64,000 nt of DNA from positions 16,165 through 80,164 of the forward strand of contig DXEA01000114.1 in assembly GCA_019115225.1 (NCBI GenBank), in the 5' to 3' direction. Position numbers and translations under genes: made by a program. The stretch is from Candidatus Evtepia faecigallinarum. Its GTDB lineage: Bacteria; Bacillota; Clostridia; Oscillospirales; Oscillospiraceae. Positions 33,709 to 43,115 of the stretch are shown here, piece by piece. The notes under the pieces were generated by a model, which worked only from the letters and a program-made list of their open reading frames with translations, had not been told where the DNA came from and did no database searches. How positions within the stretch are numbered: the first letter of the stretch is position 1; each line of letters starts with the position of its first letter.

Positions 33709-34830
33709 TTATTTGGTGGCCCAGTTGCCGGTGGCCTGGGCGGTGAGGTAGGCGTTGATGAAGCCGTCCAGGTCGCCGTCCATGACGCCATTGACGTTGC
33801 TGGTCTCATAGGCGGTGCGGGTATCCTTGACCAGGGTGTAGGGCATGAAGACATAGGAGCGGATCTGACTGCCCCACTCGATCTTCAGCTGGACCCCCTT
33901 CAGGTCGGAGATCTTTTCGGCCTTTTCCTGCATCTGCAGCTCCACCAGCTTGGCCCGGAGCATCTTCATACAGTTGTCCTTGTTCTGGAACTGGCTGCGC
34001 TCGGTCTGGCAGGAGACCACCACCCCGGTGGGGATGTGGATGAGGCGGACGGCAGAGGAGGTTTTGTTCACGTGCTGGCCGCCGGCGCCGCTGGCGCGAT
34101 AGACCTGCATCTCGATGTCCTCGGGGCGGATCTCCACCTCCACGTCCTCGGGCAGGTCGGGCATGACCTCCACCGAGGCGAAGGAGGTCTGGCGGCGGGC
34201 GTTGGCGTCAAAGGGGGAGACCCGGACCAGCCGGTGGACCCCGTGCTCACCCCGGAGGTAGCCATAGGCGTTCTCGCCCTCGATCATGATGGTGGCGGAC
34301 TTCAGGCCGGCCTCGTCAGCCTCCTGATAGTCCAGCACTTTATAGGTAAACCCGTGGCGCTCAGCCCAGCGGGTGTACATGCGATAGAGCATCTGGGCCC
34401 AGTCCTGGGCCTCGGTGCCGCCGGCCCCGGCGTGGAAGGCCAGGATGGCGTTGGAGGCGTCGTATTCGCCGGTGAGCAGGGTCTGCAGCTTGGCGCTTTC
34501 GATGCTCTTGACCAGGGCGTCAAACTCCTGCTCCAGCTCGGGCAGAAGGGACTCGTCCTCCTCCTCGTTGCCCATCTCGCACAGGACCATCATGTCCTCC
34601 CAGGAGGAGCGGCGCTTGGCCTGGGACTCCAGCTTGCCCTTCTCCTGCTTGAGCTTCTGCAGCACCCGCTGGGATTTGGCGGGATCGTCCCAAAAGCCGT
34701 CGGCGGCGCACTGGGCCTCTAAAAAGTCCACCTCCCGGGCGGCGTTTTCCAGGTTCAGGGCCTGCTCCAGCTCGTCCAGCTGGGGCAGGAGATTGTTGAG
34801 TTTTACCTTATATTCATCAAATTGAAGCAT
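33709..34830 (-). CDS. prfB: Peptide chain release factor 2, 373 aa, encoded in one uninterrupted frame
   Basis: SPF tripeptide (..VRVSPFDAN..), GGQ motif (..RASGAGGQHVNKT..). The N-terminus aligns through the position where many bacteria have the CUU UGA C frameshift site. Confidence 0.9.
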   Translation of the reverse strand: MLQFDEYKVKLNNLLPQLDELEQALNLENAAREVDFLEAQCAADGFWDDPAKSQRVLQKLKQEKGKLESQAKRRSSWEDMMVLCEMGNEEEDESLLPELEQEFDALVKSIESAKLQTLLTGEYDASNAILAFHAGAGGTEAQDWAQMLYRMYTRWAERHGFTYKVLDYQEADEAGLKSATIMIEGENAYGYLRGEHGVHRLVRVSPFDANARRQTSFASVEVMPDLPEDVEVEIRPEDIEMQVYRASGAGGQHVNKTSSAVRLIHIPTGVVVSCQTERSQFQNKDNCMKMLRAKLVELQMQEKAEKISDLKGVQLKIEWGSQIRSYVFMPYTLVKDTRTAYETSNVNGVMDGDLDGFINAYLTAQATGNWATK

Positions 34831-35092
34831 TTTGACGCTCCCTCACATTCTGAAAAGATTGAATTTGAACTGGTATATTATATCCGATGTTCCACAAAAA
34901 AGCAATAAAAAGAAGGCCGGACAAAAAGAAAAGGATACTCTGGCGGCAATCTTTCGCCTCTCCTTGAAATCCGGGGGATTTCAGCGTATAATAAAATGTC
35001 TGTTTTTCTATGCCGCCGGGTCTGGGACCCCAGGGCGGCTGGGTGAGTTTCGCGGCCAGGGTGTGCCGCAGTTTGAGAAGGAGGAAGGGCCC

Positions 35093-36472
35093 ATGACACT
35101 GCAGGACTATCTGGCATCCCTTCGGGGAAAACGCGTGGCCGTCATCGGCATTGGGGTGTCCAACACCCCGCTGATCAAAACCTTGCTCCAGGCGGGAATC
35201 TCCGTGACCGCCTGTGACAAGGCCCCAAAATCCAGCTTTGGCGCACTGGCGGAGGAATTGGAGGCCTTGGGCGCCCAGCTGCGGCTGGGCCCGGACTATC
35301 TGGAGGGACTGGACCAGGACGTGATCTTCCGCTCCCCCGGCATCCGGCCGGACATCCCGCCCTTCCTGGCAGCAATCGAGAAGGGGAGTGTGCTGACCTC
35401 GGAGATGGAGGTCTTTTTCCAGGTCTGCCCCTGCAAGATCATCGCCGTCACCGGCAGCGACGGCAAGACCACCACCACCACCCTCATCTCGGAAATGCTG
35501 AAAAACGCCGGCTATACCGTCCACCTGGGGGGGAACATCGGCAAGCCCCTGCTCTCGGAGGCCGGGGAGATGGGGAAGGACGACGTGGCAGTGCTGGAGC
35601 TGTCCTCCTTCCAGCTCATGACCCTCCAGGCCAGCCCCCACATCGCCGTCTTTACCAACCTCTCTCCCAACCATCTGGACATTCACAAGTCCATGGAGGA
35701 GTACGCCCTGGCCAAGGAGAACATCTTCTGCCACCAGGGCCCGGGGGACATTGCCATCTTCAACCGGGACAACGACCTGACCAATGAAATGGCCGGCCGC
35801 GCTCCCGGTCAGGTAAAATTGTTCAGCCGCCAGAAGGCCCTCACCGACGGGGTGTATGTGCAGGACGGCACCATCGTGGTGGCGGAGAACGGGGAAAAGC
35901 GGCAGCTGTTTTCCACCGGCCGCATCCTCATCCCCGGCCAGCACAACGTGGAGAACTACCTGGCGGCCATCGCCGCCGTCCAGGGCATGGTGTCTGACGA
36001 GGTCATCCTCCACACGGCGGAGACCTTCCCCGGTGTGGAGCACCGCATCGAGCTGGTGCGCACCCTCAACGGGGTGAAGTATTATAACGACTCCATCGCC
36101 TCCAGCCCCACCCGGACCATTGCGGGGCTGCGGTCGTTCCACCAAAAGGTCATCCTCATCGCCGGGGGCTATGATAAGAAAATTCCCTTTGAGGTATTGG
36201 GCGCGGAGGTGCTGGAGCGGGTCAGGACCCTGGTCCTCACCGGCCACACAGCAGAAAAGATCTATCAGGCGGTGGTCAGCGCGCCGGGTTATCGGGAGGG
36301 CCACCCGGACATTCTCATGGAGGAGGATTTCACCAAAGCGGTCCTGGCGGCCTCTCAGGCGGCCAAGGAGGGGGACATTGTGATCCTCTCGCCCGCCTGT
36401 GCCTCCTTTGACCACTTTAAGAATTTCGCCCAGCGTGGCCAGACGTTTAAGGCCATCGTGAACGGGCTGTAA
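35093..36472 (+). CDS. murD: UDP-N-acetylmuramoyl-L-alanine--D-glutamate ligase, 459 aa
   Basis: MTLQDYLASLRGKRVAVIGIGVSNTPL..., ..AVTGSDGKTTTTT.. RBS gagaaggagga. The ORF-track start at 34832 adds a spurious 87 aa. Confidence 0.9.
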   Translation: MTLQDYLASLRGKRVAVIGIGVSNTPLIKTLLQAGISVTACDKAPKSSFGALAEELEALGAQLRLGPDYLEGLDQDVIFRSPGIRPDIPPFLAAIEKGSVLTSEMEVFFQVCPCKIIAVTGSDGKTTTTTLISEMLKNAGYTVHLGGNIGKPLLSEAGEMGKDDVAVLELSSFQLMTLQASPHIAVFTNLSPNHLDIHKSMEEYALAKENIFCHQGPGDIAIFNRDNDLTNEMAGRAPGQVKLFSRQKALTDGVYVQDGTIVVAENGEKRQLFSTGRILIPGQHNVENYLAAIAAVQGMVSDEVILHTAETFPGVEHRIELVRTLNGVKYYNDSIASSPTRTIAGLRSFHQKVILIAGGYDKKIPFEVLGAEVLERVRTLVLTGHTAEKIYQAVVSAPGYREGHPDILMEEDFTKAVLAASQAAKEGDIVILSPACASFDHFKNFAQRGQTFKAIVNGL

Positions 36473-36484
36473 AGGAGGGGTTTC

Positions 36485-37531
36485 ATGGCTATGGATACCC
36501 TTGCAAGCCTGACCGCCCTGTGTACGGCCAATGGTCCCTCCGGTCGGGAGGGGCTTGCCCTGGACCGGGCCGCAGACCTGCTGCGCCCCCTTGTGGACCA
36601 GGTGTGGCAGGACCCCTTCGGCAACGTGGTGGGGGTCCGCCGGTGCGGGCAGGAGAACGCCAGGCGGGTGGTCATAGATGCCCACCTGGATGAAGTAGGG
36701 CTGGTGATCACCGGGGCCAAGGAGGGTTTTCTCACCTTCCGCCCGGTGGGGGGCATCGACCCCCGCATCCTGCCCGACCAGGAGGTCACCATCCTCTCCC
36801 AGCCCCCCCGCCTGGGGGTGGTGGCCGTGCTGCCCCCTCATGTGCAAAAGGCAGGGGAGGGGGACAAGAGCTTGGACATGGACCAGCTCTGCCTGGATGC
36901 CGGCCTGACCAAAAAGGAGGGGGAGGCCCTGGTGGGCACGTTTGCCGTGCCCAGGTCCCGGGTGCGCTCCCTGCTCAACGGAAGAGTCAGCGGGAAAGCC
37001 CTGGATGACCGGGCGGGGTTCGTCACCCTCCTGCGCACCGCCCAGCTGCTGCGGGACGTCCCCCTGGATGTGGACCTGTATTTCCTGGGCAGCAGCCGGG
37101 AGGAGACCAACGGCGGCGGGGCGCTGGTGGGAGCCTTCGCCCTGGACCCCCACTGCTTTGTGGCGGTGGATGTCACCCACGCCCGCACCCCCGACGGCCC
37201 CAAGGAGGGGACCTTCCCTGCCGGGGAGGGGACGGTCATCGGCCTGGGCCCCAACATCGCCCGCTGGATGAGCCGGCGGCTGATGGACAAGGCCGAGGCA
37301 AACCAGCTGCCCTATGCCCTGGAAGTGATGACCGGCCACAGCGGCACCAACGCCTGGCGGGTCCAGACCGCCCGGGAGGGGATCGCCACGGCGGTGCTCT
37401 CCCTGCCGCTAAAGTACATGCACAGCCCGGTGGAGACCTTGGATCTGGCCGACCTGGAGACCACCGCCGCCCTCTTGGCGGCCTTCGTCACCGATCTGGC
37501 CAAGGAAGGAGGGGCGTGGCTTGCTGATTGA
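36485..37531 (+). CDS. M42 family metallopeptidase (paralog 1 of 3), 348 aa
   Basis: ..ANGPSGRE.., ..VIDAHLDEVGLVIT.., ..RPVGGID.., ..ALDDRAG.., ..REETNGGGA.., ..YMHSPVET.. Confidence 0.85.
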   Translation: MAMDTLASLTALCTANGPSGREGLALDRAADLLRPLVDQVWQDPFGNVVGVRRCGQENARRVVIDAHLDEVGLVITGAKEGFLTFRPVGGIDPRILPDQEVTILSQPPRLGVVAVLPPHVQKAGEGDKSLDMDQLCLDAGLTKKEGEALVGTFAVPRSRVRSLLNGRVSGKALDDRAGFVTLLRTAQLLRDVPLDVDLYFLGSSREETNGGGALVGAFALDPHCFVAVDVTHARTPDGPKEGTFPAGEGTVIGLGPNIARWMSRRLMDKAEANQLPYALEVMTGHSGTNAWRVQTAREGIATAVLSLPLKYMHSPVETLDLADLETTAALLAAFVTDLAKEGGAWLAD

Positions 37532-38549
37532 TACGTTAAAAGAACTGTGTGCCCTGCCCGGCGTATCCAGCCGGGAGGACGAGGTGCGGGATTACCTGCG
37601 CGCCCTGGCTGCCCCTTATGCAGAGAAGATCCGGGTGGACACCATGGGCAACCTGATTGTGGAGAAAAAGGGCCTTGTGCCGGGAGCCAAAAAGCTCATG
37701 CTGGCCGCCCACATGGATGAGGTGGGCCTGATGGTCCACACCATCACCGACGAGGGCTTTTTGAAGTTTGACACCGTAGGCGGCATCGACCGCCGGGTCC
37801 TGCTGGGCAAGTCCGTGCTGGTGGGGGAGGAAAAGCGCCCCGGCATCATCGGCCTGAAGGCTTATCACCTGACCGGCAGGGAAGAGGTCAAGAACGTGCC
37901 GAAGGTGAAAGACCTTTACATCGACATCGGCGCAAATAGCAAGGAGGAGGCCAGCGCCCACGTCTCCCTGGGGGATGTAGCGGTTTTCGATACAGAGCCG
38001 GAGGAGTTCGGCAACGGCTTCCTCAAGGCCAAGGCCATCGACGACCGCATCGGCTGCGCCGTCATGGCCGAGCTCCTCCAGGAACCCCTCCCCATGGACT
38101 GCACCTTCGTCTTTACCGTCCAGGAGGAGGTGGGGACCCGGGGGGCCTTCGGCGCGGCCTTCTCCGTCAAGCCGGACATTGCCTTAGTGCTGGAGGGGAC
38201 CACCGCCGCCGACCTGCCCGACATGGACAGCCACAAAAAGGTGTGTGCCCCCGGCAAGGGGCCGGTGATCCCCTATATGGACGGGGGGACCGTCTACGAC
38301 CGGGAGCTCTTTGAACTGCTGCGCACCCTGGCCGAGCAGAGCCGCACCCCCTGGCAGACGAAGGAATATCTCTCCGGCGGCACCGACGCCGCTGCCATCC
38401 AGCGCACCCGGGAGGGGGTGCGGGTGGCGGCCCTGTCCACCGCCGTGCGCTACCTCCACGCCCCCGCCAGTGTGGCGGCGGTGGAGGACTGTCAAAATAT
38501 GCTCATTCTGGCCCGGCGCTTTTTGCAGGCCGTGGCCGCCATGGAATAA
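37521..38549 (+). CDS. M42 family metallopeptidase (paralog 2 of 3), 342 aa
   Basis: TTG start 7 nt after aaggaaggagggg. ..LPGVSSREDEV.., ..LAAHMDEVGLMV.., ..AIDDRIGCA.., ..VQEEVGTRGA.., ..YLHAPASV.. Confidence 0.85.
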   Translation: MLIDTLKELCALPGVSSREDEVRDYLRALAAPYAEKIRVDTMGNLIVEKKGLVPGAKKLMLAAHMDEVGLMVHTITDEGFLKFDTVGGIDRRVLLGKSVLVGEEKRPGIIGLKAYHLTGREEVKNVPKVKDLYIDIGANSKEEASAHVSLGDVAVFDTEPEEFGNGFLKAKAIDDRIGCAVMAELLQEPLPMDCTFVFTVQEEVGTRGAFGAAFSVKPDIALVLEGTTAADLPDMDSHKKVCAPGKGPVIPYMDGGTVYDRELFELLRTLAEQSRTPWQTKEYLSGGTDAAAIQRTREGVRVAALSTAVRYLHAPASVAAVEDCQNMLILARRFLQAVAAME

Positions 38550-38564
38550 GGAGGCGACTGCACT

Positions 38565-39569
38565 ATGGACTATTTGTCTGTCATCGAAATGCTCAACGCC
38601 TGCCACGGGCCGGCGGGGGATGAGCGGCAGATCGCCGCCACCCTGAAACGGCTGGCAGAGCCCTATGCCGACGAATGCTGGCAGGACACCATGGGCAACC
38701 TCATCGTCCACAAAAAGGGACCGGGACCCAAGGTGATGTTCGCCGCCCACATGGACTCGGTGGGCCTCATCGTCACCCACATCCACAAGGACGGCTATCT
38801 CTCCTTTGGCAAGCTGGGGGGCATCCGCCCGGAGAGTATTTTACATACCCCCTTCCGGTTCAAGAACGGGGTGTGCGGGGTGGTCTCCCTGCGGCAGAAG
38901 GTGGCGCTGAAGGACATGACCATCAACGACCTCTACCTGGACATCGGGGCCAAAAACGAGGCCCACGCCCGCCGGATGGTCCAGGTGGGGGACACGGCGG
39001 TCCTTCGCCTGCCCGCCTTTACCAATGAGAACCGGCTGGTCTCCCCCTATCTGGATGACCGGATCGCCTGCGCGGTGATGCTGGATGCCATCAGCCACAT
39101 CCGGTCCTATACCAACGACCTGTACTTTGTCTTTACCGTCCAGGAGGAGCTGGGCCTGCGGGGGAGCAAACCCGCCGCCTTTGCCATCGACCCCGAGTAC
39201 GGCATCGCCGTGGACGTGACCGCCGCGGAAGAGCTGGACGAAAAGACCAGGCACAGCACCGTCCTGGGGGGCGGGGCTGCCATCAAGGTCATGGACAGTT
39301 CCGTCATTTGCCACCCGGAAGTGGTGCAAACCCTTGAAGAGCTTGCAAAGGAAAGTAAAATCCCTTGTCAGAGAGATGTGATGACCACCGGCGGCACCGA
39401 TGCCGGTTCCATCCATATTTCCCGGGGAGGGGTGCTCACCGGCGGCATCTCCATCCCGTGCCGGTACATCCACTCGCCGGTGGAGACGGTGGACCTGTCT
39501 GACGTATCCGCCGCCGCCAAATTGATGATCACATTTGCCCAGAAAAGTCTTGAAAGCAAAAGGATGTAA
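38565..39569 (+). CDS. M42 family metallopeptidase (paralog 3 of 3), 334 aa
   Basis: ..CHGPAGDERQ.., ..FAAHMDSVGLIVT.., ..YLDDRIACA.., ..VQEELGLRGS.., ..YIHSPVET.. Confidence 0.85.
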   Translation: MDYLSVIEMLNACHGPAGDERQIAATLKRLAEPYADECWQDTMGNLIVHKKGPGPKVMFAAHMDSVGLIVTHIHKDGYLSFGKLGGIRPESILHTPFRFKNGVCGVVSLRQKVALKDMTINDLYLDIGAKNEAHARRMVQVGDTAVLRLPAFTNENRLVSPYLDDRIACAVMLDAISHIRSYTNDLYFVFTVQEELGLRGSKPAAFAIDPEYGIAVDVTAAEELDEKTRHSTVLGGGAAIKVMDSSVICHPEVVQTLEELAKESKIPCQRDVMTTGGTDAGSIHISRGGVLTGGISIPCRYIHSPVETVDLSDVSAAAKLMITFAQKSLESKRM

Positions 39570-39575
39570 TGTAAA

Positions 39576-40826
39576 ATGCCTTTACAGATAAGTGACCGTG
39601 TCCGCGCCCTGGGCGATCAGGCCCAGCAGGCGCTGGCAGACCAGTTTGCCCGCATCGACCAGATTGCGGAGTTCAACACCCAAAAAGTGCTCTCGGCCTT
39701 CCAAACCCATAAAGTTTCCGAAACCTTCTTCCACGGCACCACCGGCTACGGGTATGACGATTTGGGGCGGGATACTTTGGGAAAAATCTATGCAGAGATC
39801 TTCTGCACCGAGGACGCCATGGTGCGCATCACCTTTGTCAACGGCACCCATGCCATTTCCTCTGCCCTGTATGGGGTCCTGCGGCCGGGGGATACCCTGG
39901 TCTCCGCCATCGGCGCCCCCTATGACACCCTGCAGGGGGTCATTGGCATCACGGGCAATGGGGTGGGCTCCCTGAAGGAGTTCGGCATCCACTACCGTCA
40001 GGTGGACCTGACCCCGGAGGATACCCCCGACCTGCCCGGCATCGTCCAGGCAGTCCAGGAGCCGGGGGTGAAGGCAGTGCTCATCCAGCGCTCCCGGGGC
40101 TATGCCACCCGGGCCTCCCTGTCTGTGGAGACCATCGGGGAGATCTGCCAGGCCATCCGGCAGGTGAACCCCACGGTAAACATTTTGGTGGACAACTGCT
40201 ATGGGGAGTTCGTGGAGACCATCGAGCCCACCCAGGTGGGGGCCGACCTGATCATGGGGTCGCTCATCAAAAATCCCGGCGGCGGTCTGGCCCCCATGGG
40301 GGGCTATGTGGCCGGCCGGCAGGACCTGGTAGAGGCCACCGCCACCCGCATGACCGTCCCCGGCATCGGCCGGGAGTGCGGCGCTTCCCTGGGAAATAAC
40401 CGCGCCCTGTATCAAGGTCTTTTCCTTGCCCCCCACACTGTGGCCCAGGCCACCAAGACGGCGGTCTTTGCCGCGAAAGTCATGGAACTGCTGGGCTATC
40501 GCACGGACCCCGGCTCCCAGGACATCCGCCACGACATCATTCAGATGATCCACCTGGAACAGCCCCAGGCGGTAGAAAAATTCTGCCGGGGGATTCAGAT
40601 GGGCGCGCCGGTGGACTCCTATGTCACCCCCGTGCCCTGGGACATGCCCGGCTACGACTGCCCGGTGATCATGGCCGCCGGGGCCTTCATCCAGGGGGCC
40701 TCCATCGAGCTCTCTGCCGACGCCCCCATGCGCCCGCCCTATACGGTGTATATGCAGGGGGGGCTGACCTACGAGTCGGGAAAGCTGGGCATTCTTCTGG
40801 CTGCCCAGGAGCTTTTGGGGGAATGA
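39576..40826 (+). CDS. Met_gamma_lyase / aluminium-resistance family PLP-dependent protein (YnbB-like), 416 aa
   Basis: ..FNTQKVLSAFQTHKVSETFFHGTTGYGYDDLGRDTL.., ..FVNGTHAIS.., ..GSLIKNPGGGLAPMGGY.. Confidence 0.8.
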   Translation: MPLQISDRVRALGDQAQQALADQFARIDQIAEFNTQKVLSAFQTHKVSETFFHGTTGYGYDDLGRDTLGKIYAEIFCTEDAMVRITFVNGTHAISSALYGVLRPGDTLVSAIGAPYDTLQGVIGITGNGVGSLKEFGIHYRQVDLTPEDTPDLPGIVQAVQEPGVKAVLIQRSRGYATRASLSVETIGEICQAIRQVNPTVNILVDNCYGEFVETIEPTQVGADLIMGSLIKNPGGGLAPMGGYVAGRQDLVEATATRMTVPGIGRECGASLGNNRALYQGLFLAPHTVAQATKTAVFAAKVMELLGYRTDPGSQDIRHDIIQMIHLEQPQAVEKFCRGIQMGAPVDSYVTPVPWDMPGYDCPVIMAAGAFIQGASIELSADAPMRPPYTVYMQGGLTYESGKLGILLAAQELLGE

Positions 40827-40856
40827 TCCTACCATCACAAGGAAAAGGAGCGGACT

Positions 40857-42872
40857 ATGGACCCATCCAAACGGGCGGAAGAACTGCGCGCCCTGCTCAA
40901 CCACCACAGTGACCTATACTACAACCAGGATGCCCCCGCCATCTCCGACCAGGAATACGACGGTCTGATGCGGGAGCTGAAGGCACTGGAGAAAGACCAT
41001 CCGGACCTCATCACCCCGGACTCGCCCACCCAGAAGGTGGGGGGGACCGCCAAGCGCACCGCCGGGGTGCTGGTGGCCCACCGGGTGCCCATGCTGTCCA
41101 TGCAGGACCTGTTTACCAGGGAGGACGTGGACCATTTCCTGGACGACTGCTGGGAAAAGCTGGGGGAGGAGATCAGCTTTTTGGTGGAAACCAAAATCGA
41201 CGGCCTGTCCATGGCCCTGCGCTATGAGAACGGCGTGCTGGTCACCGCCCTGACCCGGGGGGACGGGCGGACCTTCGGCGAGGATGTCACCGCCAACGCC
41301 AAGGTCATCGGCGACGTGGCCCTCACCCTGAAGCACCCCATCGAATACCTGGAGCTGCGGGGAGAGGTCTACATGACCAACGAGGCCTTTGAGGCCGTGA
41401 ACGAAAAGCAGACCCTGCTGGGCAAAAAACCCTTTGCCAACCCCCGCAACTGTGCCGCCGGCACCCTGCGGCAGCTGGATGCGGAGGTCACCCGGGAACG
41501 GGGGCTGTCCTTCTTCGTCTTTAACGTCCAGGACATCCGGGGCAAGGACCTGGCCACCCACCAGGAGGCCTATGACTTCCTCACCTCCTGCGGGGTCACC
41601 GTCATCCCCAACCGCTTTGTGTGCCAAACCCGCCAGGAGGTCTGGCAGGCCATCGAGGCCATTGGGGAGATGCGGGGGAGCCTGCCCTATGACATCGACG
41701 GGGCGGTGATCAAGGTCAACAACCTGGCCCTGCGCCAGGTACTGAAGGACACGGCAAAGAATGCCGGCTATCAGGTGGCCTATAAATATCCCCCGGAGCG
41801 GAAAGAGACCAAGCTGCAAACCATCGAACTGTCTGTGGGGCGGACAGGAAAGATCACCCCCACCGCCATTTTCGATCCCGTCCGCCTGTGCGGCACCACC
41901 GTCTCCCGCTGCACCCTCCACAACCAGGACTTCATCACCAACCTGGGCATCTGCCTGGGCTCCACCCTGCTCATTGAGAAGTCGGGAGAGGTCATCCCCA
42001 AGTGTGTGGGGGTGGTGGCGGAAAAGCAGCCGGAAGGGGGAGAGGTCTATCAGATCCCCATGGTCTGCCCCGTCTGCGGCTCCCCGGCGGTGCGGGAGGA
42101 TACGGCGGACATCAAGTGCGTCAATCTGAACTGTCCCGCCCAGCTGGAGCGGCTCATTGGCCACTTTGTGGGCCGGGGGGCGATGGACATCAAGGGCTTT
42201 GGCGTGGTCTATGTCCACGACCTGATCAAGCTGGGGTACCTGACCGACGTGGCAGATATTTTTACGCTGTTCCGCCACCGGGAAACCCTCATCCAAAAGG
42301 GGATCGTGGGCAAGGAGAAGAACACCGATAAACTCCTGGCCGCCATCGAAAAGGCCAAGGGCAATCCCCCCGACCGCCTGCTGACGGGGTTGGGGATCGC
42401 CAACGTGGGAAAATCCGCGGCGCAAGCGCTGCTGAACCACTTCGGTACCGTGGATGCCCTGGCCGCCGCCACGGTGGATGAGATGGTGGAGATCGACGAC
42501 ATCGGCCCCATCTCTGCCCAAGCTGTCTATGACTACTTCCGCCAGCCCCACAACCAGGAGGTTTTTCAAAAACTGAAGGACGCCGGGGTCAACATGACCC
42601 AGGAGGTGGTGGTCAGAGACACCCAGGGCCTTCCCCTTGACGGCCAGACCGTGGTGATCACCGGCACCCTGCCGGGAATGAGCAGGGAAGAGGCCGCCAT
42701 CCTCATTCAGGAAAACGGGGGAAAGGTGACAGGAAGCGTTTCCAAACGGACCACCTTCCTGCTGGCCGGGGAAAACGGCGGCAGCAAGCTGGAGAAAGCC
42801 AACACCCTGGGCATACCCGTGCTCAGTTTGGAGGAACTACAGGAGAAACTGGGGAAAACTTCTCCCCAATGA
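40857..42872 (+). CDS. ligA: NAD-dependent DNA ligase, 671 aa
   Basis: ..ISDQEYDGLMRELKALE.., adenylation motif ..VETKIDGLS.., a Zn-finger Cys cluster (CPVCGS...CVNLNCPAQ), HhH repeats and a C-terminal BRCT (..GQTVVITGTLPG..). Confidence 0.92.
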   Translation: MDPSKRAEELRALLNHHSDLYYNQDAPAISDQEYDGLMRELKALEKDHPDLITPDSPTQKVGGTAKRTAGVLVAHRVPMLSMQDLFTREDVDHFLDDCWEKLGEEISFLVETKIDGLSMALRYENGVLVTALTRGDGRTFGEDVTANAKVIGDVALTLKHPIEYLELRGEVYMTNEAFEAVNEKQTLLGKKPFANPRNCAAGTLRQLDAEVTRERGLSFFVFNVQDIRGKDLATHQEAYDFLTSCGVTVIPNRFVCQTRQEVWQAIEAIGEMRGSLPYDIDGAVIKVNNLALRQVLKDTAKNAGYQVAYKYPPERKETKLQTIELSVGRTGKITPTAIFDPVRLCGTTVSRCTLHNQDFITNLGICLGSTLLIEKSGEVIPKCVGVVAEKQPEGGEVYQIPMVCPVCGSPAVREDTADIKCVNLNCPAQLERLIGHFVGRGAMDIKGFGVVYVHDLIKLGYLTDVADIFTLFRHRETLIQKGIVGKEKNTDKLLAAIEKAKGNPPDRLLTGLGIANVGKSAAQALLNHFGTVDALAAATVDEMVEIDDIGPISAQAVYDYFRQPHNQEVFQKLKDAGVNMTQEVVVRDTQGLPLDGQTVVITGTLPGMSREEAAILIQENGGKVTGSVSKRTTFLLAGENGGSKLEKANTLGIPVLSLEELQEKLGKTSPQ

Positions 42873-42875
42873 GCA

Positions 42876-42914
42876 AAAACCCGTATGTTTTTCCACAAAC
42901 ATACGGGTTTTTTG
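42876..42914 (+). terminator. Intrinsic terminator after ligA
   Basis: aaaaacccgtatgttt ttccac aaacatacgggtttttt. Confidence 0.75.
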
Positions 42915-42982
42915 CGCGTTTCTCCATGGAAACGGCATAAATTGTGGACAAAATCCGCGCCGGATGCGAAGAGTTTTCCACA
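42889..42982. promoter_or_regulatory. Cluster of three DnaA-box-like 9-mers in a convergent intergenic region
   Basis: TTTTCCACA (42889-42897), TGTGGACAA, which is TTGTCCACA on the minus strand (42943-42951), and TTTTCCACA (42974-42982). Each has one mismatch to TTATCCACA. Confidence 0.35.
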
Positions 42983-43115
42983 AAACGGCCGGGGACAGGA
43001 GGGGAGTGCTGTAAAGGAATTTCCCTTGCCGACTGCTTCCATCAAAATAACACCTGTTTTGGGCAGATTTTTCAGAGGGGCAGATACGACAAGGGAAAAT
43101 ACTTTACAGAAATAT

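Noticed and set aside
33709-34830. Looked for the prfB programmed +1 frameshift site (CTT TGA C) and a short upstream ORF
   Set aside because: It is not present. The full-length RF2 is in one frame from an ATG with N-terminal homology.
34817-37339. 840-aa minus-strand ORF across murD and the first M42 gene
   Set aside because: It is a shadow ORF opposite two genes with unambiguous family motifs. It also spans an intergenic gap of the sense genes, which real genes in this region do not do.
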